Notes: generated by a model not told the origin, from the letters alone. Counted from the stretch's first letter, positions 31,729-44,900 are shown. The stretch is DNA of 64,000 nt from Rebecca billardiae RCC1528 (GCA_965240325.2 OZ251223.1:3720001-3784000); one strand, 5' to 3'. Made by a program: numbers and translations.

Positions 31729-34431
31729 TCAGCCGAGAGAGGTGGCATTGCCACCTCTCGCGCGAGTTGGGGAAACGTTGAGTTCCCGAGTTTTTACACG
31801 GGGCGGCAATTTCTGGCGCGCGCAATCTTCCGATTTTAAGGCGGTGGGTGGCGCCGCCGCCGTCGCGCTCTCGACGCGCGCGAGCTGCGCGCGCGCGGCG
31901 GCGGTTTTGGCCGCGCGGCACTGGGCCGGCTGGGTCCGCACGGCCGAGGAGGCCACTCTTGCCGCGGTGGTCGTGGCGCGGGGACGTCCCCGCCGCTCGC
32001 CAACCTCCCGCGAGCGCCTCGCGCCGCCTCGCGCCGCCTTCACGCCATCTCCGCGCGCCAACTGCACGCTCTGGACGCCTCGGCGGCAGAGCCGCGCGCG
32101 GCGCGGTTGTGTGCCGTGTAGACTGGGCCCATGCGCGTCCGCTGTCGGTGCGCCCCGGCCACGCGCGCGCGCAGCCCAGACCTCTCGCCTCACGCGTCGC
32201 CGCCGAGCACGGCTGTGCACCTCAGTCTGCCGTGGTGCCGCGCGCGCGGCCAAGCGAGCAGGCGACGCGTTGTGGAGCGTGTGACGCACGAGACGGGAAG
32301 GCGTCCGAGCGTCGGAGCCACCGCCGACCGGCGGCGCGCACGCGATCGGCTTGAGCCATCGGCGCCGACGGCGCGCGCGCGCTGAGCCAGCTGAAGGCTT
32401 GTGCGCCATGGCACGGCAGCCGCCAATCGCGGCCTGCGGCCGTACTGTGCGGCAGGCGCGCTCGGTGCGGGCGCTTCGGGGCGTGGCCTCACGAGACCGG
32501 AGCCCCTGGAAGCGCGACGCCTATGAGCTCGCCCCGGCCTGAGTGAGCGCGCATCTGTCAGTGATCGGCACACGCAGCAGCACGGGGTGGCCGTCGTCAT
32601 GAGCCATGGCCTTGACACGGCCGCGCTGAGCGCGCCACGACACACCGCACGGCGCCGCGTGAAGAGTAGATGTATGACCCCCGGCCCTTACCTTGGCCCG
32701 TGTGCTCTTGCGCGCACGCACGCGAGCACTCGCATGCTGCCGCGCACCTGCCTCAACGCGTTTCATCTGAGCGTCTGTCCGATGCCAGCCACGTGCTTCC
32801 ATTGACAGAGAGAGTGACTATACCAGTCAGAAGTCGTAACCCTCCAGTTGAACCGCACAGTTCCATGGTTGCAGTGCTGCTGGTCCGCTGACTCCGAGGT
32901 GGGCGCGCCACGGCAGCTCTCTCTCTCACGGCGCACGGTCCTTGTGCGCCGGGAGCAGCCGCGTCTGCGCAGACCGACTGCTTACCAGGAAGTTTGAGAC
33001 TGTATCTCCTTCCATCCCAGCTGCTGCAACGTCTACCACGGCTGGTAGCCTGCTGACCCAGACGACCAGCGAGCAAGTATGTCTCCTCGGTGAGCGCGAG
33101 TGAGCGCTGCTGCTGACACTCGATTCGTGCGCACACGCGCCCGCCCGACGCACTCTCACGTTGGCCCGAGGTGGCGTGTGCGCGCGCCCACGCGCGATGA
33201 TGCCAACTGCTGCTCAGGTCATCCGACTACATGGGCTGAATAGTGGGTCGTGCTACCTGGCCGCGCGGCGCTCGAAGCTCGCGTTTCTGGCTGACACGAG
33301 CTTTTCAAGGTGTCAGCGTAGGTGAAGGGTGGGATACTGGGATCCCAGCCTTCCGCCGGTACGGAGACAGCGCACACGCACGCGTGGCGCCTGCGCCGCC
33401 GGCCATCGCACACAGCCCTGCTGAATGGTCTCGCATGCGCCAGCATGAGCGTGCACGCCTAGCGCCGCACCATGCAGGTGAGAACTTCAAAAGTGCGCAT
33501 GCTCGCTTGTTCTTTGTGCCTGGTCGACACCCAGCGTGGGAGCGCTCAGCGCGGAGCTCATGACGACGGCCACCCCGTGCTGCTGCGTGTGCCGATCACT
33601 GACAGATGCGCGCTCACTCAGGCCGGGGCGAGCTCATAGGCGTCGCGCTTCCAGGGGCTCCGGTCTCGTGAGGCCACGCCCCGAAGCGCCCGCACCGAGC
33701 GCGCCTGCCGCACAGTACGGCCGCAGGCCGCGATTGGCGGCTGCCGTGCCATGGCGCACAAGCCTTCAGCTGGCTCAGCGCGCGCGCGCCGTCGGCGCCG
33801 ATGGCTCAAGCCGATCGCGTGCGCGCCGCCGGTCGGCGGTGGCTCCGACGCTCGGACGCCTTCCCGTCTCGTGCGTCACACGCTCCACAACGCGTCGCCT
33901 GCTCGCTCGGCCGCGCGCGCGGCACCACGGCAGACTGAGGTGCACAGCCGTGCTCGGCGGCGACGCGTGAGGCGAGAGGTCTGGGCTGCGCGCGCGCGTG
34001 GCCGGGGCGCACCGACAGCGGACGCGCATGGGCCCAGTCTACACGGCACACAACCGCGCCGCGCGCGGCTCTGCCGCCGAGGCGTCCAGAGCGTGCAGTT
34101 GGCGCGCGGAGATGGCGTGAAGGCGGCGCGAGGCGGCGCGAGGCGCTCGCGGGAGGTTGGCGAGCGGCGGGGACGTCCCCGCGCCACGACCACCGCGGCA
34201 AGAGTGGCCTCCTCGGCCGTGCGGACCCAGCCGGCCCAGTGCCGCGCGGCCAAAACCGCCGCCGCGCGCGCGCAGCTCGCGCGCGTCGAGAGCGCGACGG
34301 CGGCGGCGCCACCCACCGCCTTAAAATCGGAAGATTGCGCGCGCCAGAAATTGCCGCCCCGTGTAAAAACTCGGGAACTCAACGTTTCCCCAACTCGCGC
34401 GAGAGGTGGCAATGCCACCTCTCTCGGCTGA
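31729..34431. mobile_element. 2.7 kb non-autonomous DNA transposon with ~876 bp TIRs and 4-bp TSD (ATTC)
   Basis: 31729-32604 is the near-perfect reverse complement of 33556-34431, with homology fading at about 32633/33542. Flanks are ATTC|TCAGCCG...CGGCTGA|ATTC. The ~0.9 kb spacer has no recognisable transposase. Confidence 0.85.
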
Positions 34432-35289
34432 ATTCGTAGTAGGATGCAGTACATACAGTTGAGGTGCAGTATCAGCCAGGTTTGGCGTTTGCCACTGGCG
34501 ACTGCACACGGCAACAGGGGCGTTTGCGCCCTGTTGTCGTGTGCACACTGGGGCGCAAAAGGGGTCACCCTCAGGGGGTTTCGCACTGCTGTTGCCGTGT
34601 GCACCGGCCCGCTGTGGCCGTGCACACGGCAACAGGGCGCAAACGGCCCTGTTGCCGTGTGCAGGCGTGCATGGCTTGCGATGGCAGCCAGCCGTCAGCA
34701 GGGCGCCACGCCCACTGTTCGTTGGTAGGCTGGCCCGATGGCGTCGCGGAGCTCACGCGTACGGGGGAGGAGGGCATCGACGAGGAGACGACCAAGGGCG
34801 AGAAGCAGCAGGGGGCACGCAGCACGGGGCTCGGAGCATGCCGCGAGCACGCGTGCCTCCACACCGTCGCACATCAACCTTGCTCGTAGCTGTGCGCTGT
34901 GCTGCCACTCATCTCACCATCGCCCATGCTACGGTCGGGGCCCGGTGGTGGGCATCTACCTGTCGGCGCAGCACTGGCACCGGTGGTCGCCAGACACTCC
35001 TCGACTTGCTCTGCGCGTCACAGCAAGGAGACGGCAGCGGCACAGCTGCGTGAGCACATGAGGTCCTACTACTCTAGTAGTACTCGGCGAGGCAGTACAG
35101 GCATGGACTGCACTCCAGGTGCATGCGAGCTACTGGCATACTCCCCTACTCAGACCGCAGGACCATCAATGCGGCGCTGCTTCGGATACACGAGCGCAGC
35201 GCTGCTGGTAACAGCGGCGCTGTTGATGCTGCAGCAGCAGTACGTACAGTATAATGACGGGCGGCAGCAGTTGCTCCAACTAACAGCTC

Positions 35290-37900
35290 GGTGGTGCTCG
35301 CTTGAACGGCCTGGGCAATGGCGCGCCAAACGCAGCGACCTGGCCCATCGCGCCCGCATCGATGGGGTCGCTGGCACCTGATGATGCTGCACCCGCGCCC
35401 ATCCGGGCCGCCAACACCAGCGGCAGCCACGCTCGAGTCTGCACTGCATGCGGCAGCAGCTGCTGGAATGGTCCCGCGGCGGATGACGGCTTTCGCCGCA
35501 GATGACAGCTCGGTGTCGCTCGCTCGAGGGGCCTCGTCGATGGACGCGCCGAGCGCCGTGACGTTGCTCCACACGACCACGGCACTGCCCAGCGCGCTGG
35601 AGCCGCTGCCATCTGGTGCTGCTGTGCCCGCGCCCAGCTGGGGCCCAGCTGCAGCTGCACTTGACTCCGCGCCGCATTGGCTGCAGCAGCAGGGATGGTG
35701 CCACGGCGGGCGGCGTGGGTCGGCGCAGCTGTCAGCTCGGCGGTGCGCGCCCGAGGGGCCCGGGCATTGGATGCACCGAGCGCGGTGTCACTGCTCGCCT
35801 CCCGCAGCGCGCTGGAGCCGCTGCCATCCGACGCTGCTGCGCCCGCGCCAAGCTTGGGCAGCAGCGGCTGCGCTAGACTCCGCGCCGCGTGCGGCAGCAG
35901 CAGCAGGGATGGTGCCACGGTGGGCGGCGGCGGTCGCTGGAGCTGAAAACTCGGCTGTGTGCGCCCGAGGGGCCTGGGCGGTGGGCGCACCGAGCGCGGT
36001 GCCGCTGCTCGCCTCGCCCATGGCGCTCGAGCCGCTGCCATCCGACGCTGCTGCGCACGCGCCAAGCTTGGGCAGCAGCGGCTGCGCTCGACTCCGCGCC
36101 GCGTGCGGCAGCAGCAGCAGGGATGGTGCCACGGTGGGCGGCGGCGGTCGCTGGAGCTGAAAGCTCGGCTGTGTGCGCCCGAGGGGCCTGGGCGGTGGGC
36201 GCACCGAACGCGGTGCCGCTGCTCGCCTCGCCCATGGCGCTCGAGCCGCTGCCATCCGACGCTGCTGCGCCCGCGCCAAGCTTGGGCAGCAGCGGCTGCG
36301 CTCGACTCCGCGCCGAGTGCGGCGGCAGCAGCAGGGATGGTGCCACGGCGGGCGGCGTGGGTCGCTGGAGCTGAAAGCTCGGCGGTGTGCGCCCGAGGGG
36401 CGTGGGCGCTGGACGCACCGAGCGCGGTGCCACTGCTCGCCTCGCCCATGGCGCTCGAGCCGCTGCCATCCGGTGCTGGTGCGCCCACGCCCAGCTGGGG
36501 CAGCAGCAGCAGCGGCGCTCGACTCCGCGCCGCGTGCGGCAGCAGCAGCAGGAATGGTGCCACTGTGGGCGGCGGCGGTTGCTGCAGCCGGCAGCTCGGT
36601 GGCGCACGCCCGAGGGGCCTGGGCTGCAGACGCGCTGAGCGCGCCATCGCCGCTCGCCTCCCGCAGCGCGCTGGAGCCCTGCCATCCGACGCTGCTGCGC
36701 TTGCGCCCAGCTTGGGCAGCAGCAGCTGCGCTCGACTCCGCGCCGCGTGCGGCGGCAGCAGCAGGGATGGTGCCATGGCGGGCGGCGGCGGTCGACGGAG
36801 CTGAAAGCTCGGCGGTGTGCGCCCGAGGGGCCTAGGCGTTGGACGCACCGAACGCGGTGTCCCCGCTGGCCTCCCGCAGCGCGCTCGAGCCGCTGCCATC
36901 CGATGCTGCTGCACCAGCGCCCAGCTTGGGCAGCAGTAGCCGCGCCTGACTCCGCGCCGCGTGCGGCGGCAGCAGCAGGGATGGTGCCACGGCGGGTGGC
37001 GGCGGTCGACGCAGCTGAAAGCTCGGCGGCGCACGCCCGAGGGACCTGTGCTGCGGACGCGCTGAGCGCGCCATCGCCGCTCGCCTCCCGCAGCGCGCTG
37101 GAGCCGCTGCCATCCGATGCTGCTGCACCAGCGCCCAGCTTGGGCAGCAGCAGCCGCGCCTGACTCCGCGCCGCGTGCGGCGGCAGCAGCAGGGATGGTG
37201 CCACGGCGGGCGGCGGCGGTCGACGCAGCTGGAAGCTCGGCAGCGCACGCCCGAGGGGCCTGGGCGCTGGGCGCACCGAACGCGGTGCCGCTGCTCGCCT
37301 CGCCCATGGCGCTCGAGCCGCTGCCATCCGACGCTGCTGCGCCCGCGCCCAGCTTGGGCAGCAGCGGCTGCGCTCGACTCCGCACCGCGTGCGGCAGCAG
37401 CAGCAGGGATGGTGGCACGGCGGGCGGCGGTGGTTGCTGCAGCCGGCAGCTCGGCGGTGCACGCCCGTGGGGCCTGGGCGCTGGACGCACCGAGCGCGGT
37501 GCCGCTGCTCGCCTCGCCCATAGCGCTGGAGCCGCTGCCATCCGGTGCTGCTGCGCCCGCGCCCGGCCAGGGCAGCAGCAGCAGCGCTCCATTCCGCGCC
37601 GCGTGCGGCAGCAGCAGCAGGGATGGTGCCACGGCGGGCGGCCGCAGCAGCTGAAAGCTTGGCAGTGCCCACCCGAGAGGCGTGGGCGCTGGACGCACCG
37701 AGCGCGGTGTAGCCGCTCGCCTCGTTCCGTAGCGCGCTCGAGCCTCTGCCATCCGATGCCGCTGCGCCCGCGCCCCGGCGCCGCTGCACGGCTGCAGCTG
37801 GCAGGCCTGGCAGCAGCTGCGCTCCGGAGGCTTCGCGCCGCATGCGGTGGTAGCAGCAGGGAGGTGCCACGGCCAAGCCGGCGGCGGTGGTCGGGCGGTG
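35290..37900. repeat. Tandem array of ~214-bp GC-rich units (left arm)
   Basis: AAGCTT landmark at 35850, 36064 and 36278 (period 214). Units degenerate toward both edges. Confidence 0.9.
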
Positions 37901-38719
37901 CTGAGTGCTGCTTGGCACGCGCGCCGACCGGTCGTCGTTAAAACTACGTAGCGTATACGTACTCTACTACAGTACTACGGTCCCGGCGTAAGTATAGACT
38001 GCTGACCAGCTGACCGTGACCGTGTCGCGCCGGAGTGTAGCACGGTGATGACGCCAGCAGTCGAGCTGCTACTGCTGCTGCTCACTACTGATGCTCTTAC
38101 ATTGATGAGTTAGCTTCTACTAACTTACACTGTGAGCCGCCAGGCCCAGCACGACTTGTCGTCGCGACAGTCCGGACGCGGACGACGAGACCATCACATC
38201 ACTAATAAGTGACTAGCTATAACGCGAGCAGTCAGGCTGTGACGGCGGACAGACGACAACACCGCCGCCAGGGTACCGATCCGGATAGACCGCTAGGTGG
38301 AGTAAGAGTCACTTATATATACGCACATGACGGCAGAGTGTCGGACAGCCGCCGCCCCGGAGCTGGCTGATGCATCGTCGTAGTCGGAGTACCGCTCTGA
38401 ACGGCTAGTCGCCAGTCGGAGCAGATTGACGATGATTCGAGATATATGCTCGGTGCCGTAGTACGCGTGGATAATTTAAATATAAGAGTTCTTACGTACT
38501 CGTCTAGGCAGATGCTGATGTAGTGATGACGATGCATGCATGATGCTGCTGATAACTTCTGCATCGCCTACCTGCCGGGCTACGACTGGTCTGCGCCGCC
38601 GGCCTTATGAATATGAGCTGACCGGCATTGCCCGCCCCGGAACCTGCTGGCGGCTCGGCTCGCAGAAGGACAGAAGAAGTGTCGTAGCAACAGCTCCGGG
38701 GGCTGGCCAGCGCGCCTGA

Positions 38720-40990
38720 CGCGTGCATCAGCGTCACTGCATTGCGCGCGTCTGCCGCCCAGGCCCCTCGCGCGTGCAGCACCGAGCTGCTAGCTGCATG
38801 CACCGCCGCCCGCCCGCCGTGGCGCCATCCCTGATGCTGCAGCCGCACTCGGCGCGACAGGGCGCGGGCGCGGCAGCATCGGATGGCAGCGGCTCGAGCG
38901 CGCCGGGCGAGGCGAGAGGCGTCAGCGCGCTCAATGCACCCACCGACCAGGCCCCTCAGGCGCACACCGCCGAGCTTTCAGCTCTAGCGTCGTCGCCCAC
39001 CGTAGCACCATCCCTGGTGCTGCCGCCCCACGCGGCGCGGAGTCGAGCGCAGCCGCTGCTGCGCAAGCTTGGCGCGGGTGCAGCAGCGTCGGATGGCAGC
39101 GGCTCCAGCGCCATGGGCGAGGCGAGCAGCGGCACCGCGTTCGGTGCGTCCAGCGCCCAGGCCCCTCGGGCGTGCACCGCCGAGCCGACAGCTCCGTCGA
39201 CCCACGCCGCCCGCCGTGGCACCATCCCTGCTGCTGCCGCCGCACTCTGCGCGGAGTCGAGCGCAGCCGCTGCTGCCCAAGCTTGGCGCAGGCGCAGCAG
39301 CGTCGGATGGCAGCGGCTCCAGCGCCATGGGCGAGGCGAGCAGCGGCACCGCGTTCGGTGCGCCCACCGCCCAGGCCCCTCAGGCGCGCACCGCCGAGCT
39401 TTCAGCTCTAGCGACCGTCGTCGCCCACCGTAGCACCATCCCTGCTGCTGCCGCCCCACGCGGCGGGGAGTCGAGCGCAGCCGCTGCTGCGCAAGCTTGG
39501 CGCGGGCGCAGCAGCGTCGGATGGCAGCGGCTCCAGCGCCATGGGCGAGGCGAGCAGCGGCACCGCGTTCGGTGCGCCCAGCGCCCAGGCCCCTCGGGCG
39601 TGCACCGCCGAGCTGACAGCTCCGTCGACCGCCGCCGCCCGCCGTGGCACCATCCCTGGTGCTGCCGCCGCACTCTGCGCGGAGTCGAGCGCAGCCGCTG
39701 CTGCCCAAGCTTGGCGCGGGCGCAGCAGCGTCGGATGGCAGCGGCTCCAGCGCCATGGGCGAGGCGAGCAGCGGCACCGCGTTCGGTGCGCCCACCACCC
39801 AGGCCCCTCGGGCGCGCACCGCCGAGCTTTCAGCTCTAGCGACCGTCGTCGGCCACCGTAGCACCATCCCTGGTGCTGCCGCCCCACGCGGCGGGGAGTC
39901 GAGCGCAGCCGCTGCTGCGCAAGCTTGGCGCGGGCGCAGCAGCGTCGGATGGCAGCGGCTCCAGCGCCATGGGCGAGGCGAGCAGCGGCACCGCGTTCGG
40001 TGCGCCCAGCGCCCAGGCCCCTCGGGCGTGCACCGCCGAGCTGACAGCTCCGTCGACCGCTGCCGCCCGCCGTGGCACCATCCCTGGTGCTGCCGCCGCA
40101 CTCTGCGCGGAGTCGAGCGCAGCCGCTGCTGCCCAAGCTTGGCGCGGGCGCAGCAGCGTCGGATGGCAGCGGCTCCAGCGCCATGGGCGAGGCGAGCAGC
40201 GGCACCGCGTTCGGTGCGCCCACCACCCAGGCCCCTCGGGCGCGCACCGCCGAGCTTTCAGCTCTAGCGACCGTCGTCGGCCACCGTAGCACCATCCCTG
40301 GTGCTGCCGCCCCACGCGGCGGGGAGTCGAGCGCAGCCGCTGCTGCGCAAGCTTGGCGCGGGCGCAGCAGCGTCGGATGGCAGCGGCTCCAGCGCCATGG
40401 GCGAGGCGAGCAGCGGCACCGCGTTCGGTGCGCCCAGCGCCCAGGCCCCTCGGGCGTGCACCGCCGAGCTGACAGCTCCGTCGACCGCCGCCGCCCGCCG
40501 TGGCACCATCCCTGGTGCTGCCGCCGCACTCTGCGCGGAGTCGAGCGCAGCCGCTGCTGCCCAAGCTTGGCGCGGGCGCAGCAGCGTCGGATGGCAGCGG
40601 CTCCAGCGCCATGGGCGAGGCGAGCAGCGGCACCGCGTTCGGTGCGCCCACCGCCCAGGCCCCTCGGGCGTGCACCGCCGAGCCGACAGCTCCGTCGACC
40701 GCCGCCGGCCGCCGTGGCACCATCCCTGCTGCTGCCACGGCACGCGGCGCGGAGTTGAGCGCAGCTGCTGCTGCCCAAGCTGGGCGCGGGCACAGTAGTG
40801 CTCGAGGCAGCGGCTCCAGCGCGCTTGGCAGTGCCGTGGGCGCATCGAGCAGCGTCACCACGCTCGGCGCGTCCGTCGTCCAGGCCCTTCGAACCAGTGA
40901 CACCAAGCTGTCAGCCGCGGCGACCGCCGTCATCCGTGCAGGACCGTCCCAACGGCCCAGCTGCTGCTGCCGCGTGCAGCATAGAGTAGA
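38720..40990. repeat. Tandem array of 214-bp units in opposite orientation (right arm), with 428-bp A/B higher-order repeat
   Basis: AAGCT landmark at 39065, 39279, 39493, 39707 and onward to 40777. GCGCAAGCTT and GCCCAAGCTT variants alternate. The unit is the reverse complement of the left-array unit. Confidence 0.92.
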
Positions 40991-41965
40991 GCGCCCCTCA
41001 GCCTGCCGGCAGAGTGGGGCGCAGGTGTTTGAAGCAGCACCCGGCGGTTGGTCCTGCGCTCCTGGGCACGGCTATGTACCTGTTGGTCTCATGAATGCGG
41101 GGGAATGCCAGCGCTCGCCACGCGTGCTCAGCCTCTCAGCCTCGCAAAGCAGAGGAGCACTTCATCTGCGAGCTCACACAGCTGTGCCGCTGCCGTCTCC
41201 TTGCTGTGACGCGCAGAGCAAGTCGAGGAGTGTCTGGCGACCACCGGTGCCAGTGCTGCGCCGACAGGTAGATGCCCACCACCCGGCCGCGCCCGTAGCA
41301 TGGGCGATGGTGAGATGAGTGGCAGCACAGCGCACAGCTACGAGCAAGGTTGATGTGCGACGGTGTGGAGGCACGCGTGCTCGCGGCATGCTCCGAGCCC
41401 CGTGCTGCGTGCCCCCTGCTGCTTCTCGCCCTTGGTCGTCTCCTCGTCGATGCCCTCCTCCCCCGTACGCGTGAGCTCCGCGACGCCATCGGGCCAGCCT
41501 ACCAACGAACAGTGGGCGTGGCGCCCTGCTGACGGCTGGCTGCCATCGCAAGCCATGCACGCCTGCACACGGCAACAGGGCCGTTTGCGCCCTGTTGCCG
41601 TGTGCACGGCCACAGCGGGCCGGTGCACACGGCAACAGCAGTGCGAAACCCCCTGAGGGTGACCCCTTTTGCGCCCCAGTGTGCACACGACAACAGGGCG
41701 CAAACGCCCCTGTTGCCGTGTGCAGTCGCCAGTGGCAAACGCCAGACCTTACTGGCAGTATGGACACAGCAGACTTGGGTGCGACAGCAGTCATCAGAGT
41801 CGCGCGTACGGCGTTGTCGTCTCAGCGCACGTCTGCCTCATCTCTGGAGACGCATGCCTGCTGACTTGCGCGGAGTGTCAGTGTGAGTGCCAAAAGACAA
41901 AGAGGCAGTAGAACAGGGGCGTCAGATGTCGTCATTATTGGGTGATGGCCATGATGGGGATCTCA

Positions 41966-44900
41966 TCACTGGAATGTGCACAGATTGAAGAGCCGGGTGA
42001 TGGGTGCAATGACGTACTCGGTGATCATGTCCTGCACCTCCTCGGGCAGGCACCGGAGCGCAAACTTGGCGATGGGCGACGCGAACGCCACGGCCGGCTC
42101 CATCACGACCAGCTTGATCAGCTGCGCCTGCACAAGCGTAGAGGCGAGCGGGCCCGACCACGTGGCGACGTCCCTGAGGATGGGGTTTGTGAGCGAGTAG
42201 AGGATGATCACTGCGCACATGCCGATGCCGAGGATGGCGTGCATGCTCCACGCGAGCAGCACCTTCCACCGCCGCGGCATCGACCACCACAGCTTTGCGT
42301 CCTTGAGCGACTTCTCGTCGACGCGCGCGTACGCCTCGACCTCGGACACGTCCGACAACAGCCCGGGCAGGCGGCGGCGCGTGGGCGAGGGCGGCGCAGC
42401 CGCCGGCGGCGCAGCGCGCGCGGCGCGAGGCGCGTGGCCCCAGATCTCGGCCGTCGTCGAGTCCACCTCGTCATCATCAGCGCCGGGAGCGGCGGCCGCG
42501 GGCGCCGCGACTGCGAGCGTCGCCGGCGCGCGCGTCGCGGGCGCTCGCGCCGCTGGCTGCCCGGGCGTCGCGGGCTCCTCGTGCCGCTTCTTCTCGTACG
42601 AGGCGAGCAGCAGTGCGCGCGCCACGTCGGGCTCGCAGAAGAGGTCGTCGGTGACGACGGGCCGGCCGTCGACAAAGGGCGAGCCGAAGGGCACGACGTG
42701 CACCATCGCGCTGCGCTTCTTGGCGAGCCGCGCGGCCGCCTTTGGCTTGAGGTGGTAGTAGCGCGTGGCCACCTGGCTGGCGGGCGCGTCGGCCGCCTGG
42801 TACACGAGGTGCGCCTGCACGAAGCGCAGGTCGGGCACGTGCGTCGGGCGGTACTCCGCGTGCGAGGTGTGGCCGAGCTCCGTCGTCGCGCCCTCGTCGT
42901 CGCCGTGGCCCACGTGCGCCTGCCGCGCGCGTCGCACGGGCATGACGGTGCCCATGATCTGGTTGACGAGGCCGCGGCGGCGCGCCATCGCGGCGCGCTG
43001 CTCGAGGAAGCGCTGCCGCGCCACCTCGGTCGCGTCCGCCACGCCCACGTGCACGAAGAAGCCGACCATCTCGCCGCGGCGCGTGTGCACGGACATGAGC
43101 GCCTTGGCCGGCATCCGGATCGAGTCGCGCGAGCCGAGGTCGCCGAGCTGCTCGCCGTTGCGCGGCGCGATGCCCACCTTGGACGGGCAGACGTACAGCA
43201 GCTTGTGCGCGTTGGTGAGCAGCGCGAGCGGCACGCTGCTGCCGTGATCGGTCAGCGGGCCGAGGGCCTTCACGTCGGCGCCGCCCGACGACGGCGCCGA
43301 GACCTCGGAGGCCGTGTCGCTGCGCGACGACAGCCCGCGCGGCAGCACGGCCGACGACGTCTCGCTCTCGTCGTCGTCGTCGGCGATCAGCTCTTCGATC
43401 AGGTCGCGCCAGTCCTCCGGCAGGCCGAGGTCCGACGCGCGGCGCCCGCGCGCGGCGCGCACGGCGGTGGGCGCGGTGGACGTCGGGCCCTCGTCATCCG
43501 AATCCGACCGGTCGTCGGCGCCCACCTCGGCGCCCGCCTGCTGCGCGCGCGCTCGCTCGACGAGCGAGCCGAGGCGCGTGCCCTGCGCACGAGACGGCGG
43601 CGGCGGGCTCGGCGGCGGCGATGCGGCTGGCGGCGGCGGCGGCGGCGGCCCGACCGCCGTGAAGGGCGTCTCCTCGCGCTTCGTGACCGCCAGCCGGAAC
43701 GGCAGCGCGCAGCGGCAGCAGCCGCAGAAGCGGCGCCACAGCGTCTCGTGCTTGAGCTCGCGGCTGTACTTTTTGATCAGCCGCCGCTTGAGCCGGTGCA
43801 GCGGGCGGCGCCGGTTCGCCCAGCGGAAGAGGAAGTGGATGGCGAACTCGAAGGGCACGCCCGCCGCGATCGAGACCGCGGCGAGCATGAGCACCTGGTG
43901 CGCGAGCGAGTTGTCCTGCCCGATGAACACCGCGACGAGGAGCAGCTCGGCGAGCAGCGTGTTGTACAGCACCGTCACGCGCTGCCGCGACGTGTCCAGC
44001 TCGCCCGGCAGCCGCGCGAGCCACCACGAGACGGTCGAGCGCGCGATCAGCGCGGCGCCGAGCGCGTAGCACAGCCCGGCGTCCTCCTTGCGCTTCCACA
44101 GCGGCACGAACGGCTCGCGCTCGATGTGCCGGTCGTGCCTGTGCGCGCAGTAGTAGAGCGAGAGGTACGTGAGCAGCAGCGCAAACAGGATCACCAGCGC
44201 CGTGTACGAGAAGTTGACCTCCGCCAGCGTGATCTGGTTCACCTCGAGCGGCGGGTCGGTGGACGCGACCGACGGGTCCTCCGTGAGCGCGGCCGTCGCC
44301 TCGTACACGGCGATGAAGTCTGTGAGGTGCGTGCACTCGCACTGCACGGTGCCGTCGAAGGGGTCGCCCACGTCCACGCAGCCCGCGCTGTCCCACGCCG
44401 CGCCGCCCCAGAAGCGGCAGCTGAAGCCGTCCTGGTTGTCGCGCGGCAGCTCGGCCGGGTCGACGGGCAGCTCGATCAGCACGACCGGCGGCGCCTCGCC
44501 CGGCTGCGTGAACTGCGTGAAGTCCACCTTGAGCGGCGCGCCGTTGAGCCACACGACCACGCTCGTGAGCGTGTCCGTGAGCGCGTACCCCTCGAGCGGC
44601 GCGAACGCGCGGAAGTTGTTCTCCCACAGCACGACCGAGATATGCATCTCGCGGATGTCGGAGAAGTTGGAGATGTTGAGCATGCCGCGGCCCAGCATGA
44701 ATTCGAGCGTGGACACGGGGATCGTGAACGTGGCGGCGGCGGTGTCGTCGGCGACGGGCACCACGGGCGAGACGACCACCAGGTCGCTCAGCCCAAACGT
44801 CGACGGGTCGACCTCCCGCAGCGTGACGCCCGCGGTGCCGTGCTGCGTGTCCACCGTCGTGGAGAACGTCTCGCCCGGCGCGAGCGTGCCCAGCCGGCTC

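Larger units (their letters stand above)
34478..41749. mobile_element. 7.3 kb foldback-like palindromic element: ~578 bp outer inverted repeats enclosing two oppositely oriented 214-bp satellite arrays
   Basis: 34478-35055 is nearly the reverse complement of 41172-41749, and the internal arrays mirror each other. The central spacer (about 37940-38700) is unique and AT-richer. No TSD recognised. Confidence 0.72.

Noticed and set aside
32634-33541. Possible transposase remnant in the spacer of the long-TIR element
   Set aside because: Only short ORFs, with no DDE or zinc-finger motif recognisable by eye.
35280-40990. Many long Ala/Arg-rich ORFs across the 214-bp arrays
   Set aside because: The unit length is not a multiple of three and the same peptides rotate through all frames, so these are by-products of a GC-rich satellite.
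35290-40990. CRISPR-like interpretation of the arrays
   Set aside because: The units are contiguous full-length tandem repeats with no unique spacers, there are no cas genes, and the context is eukaryotic.
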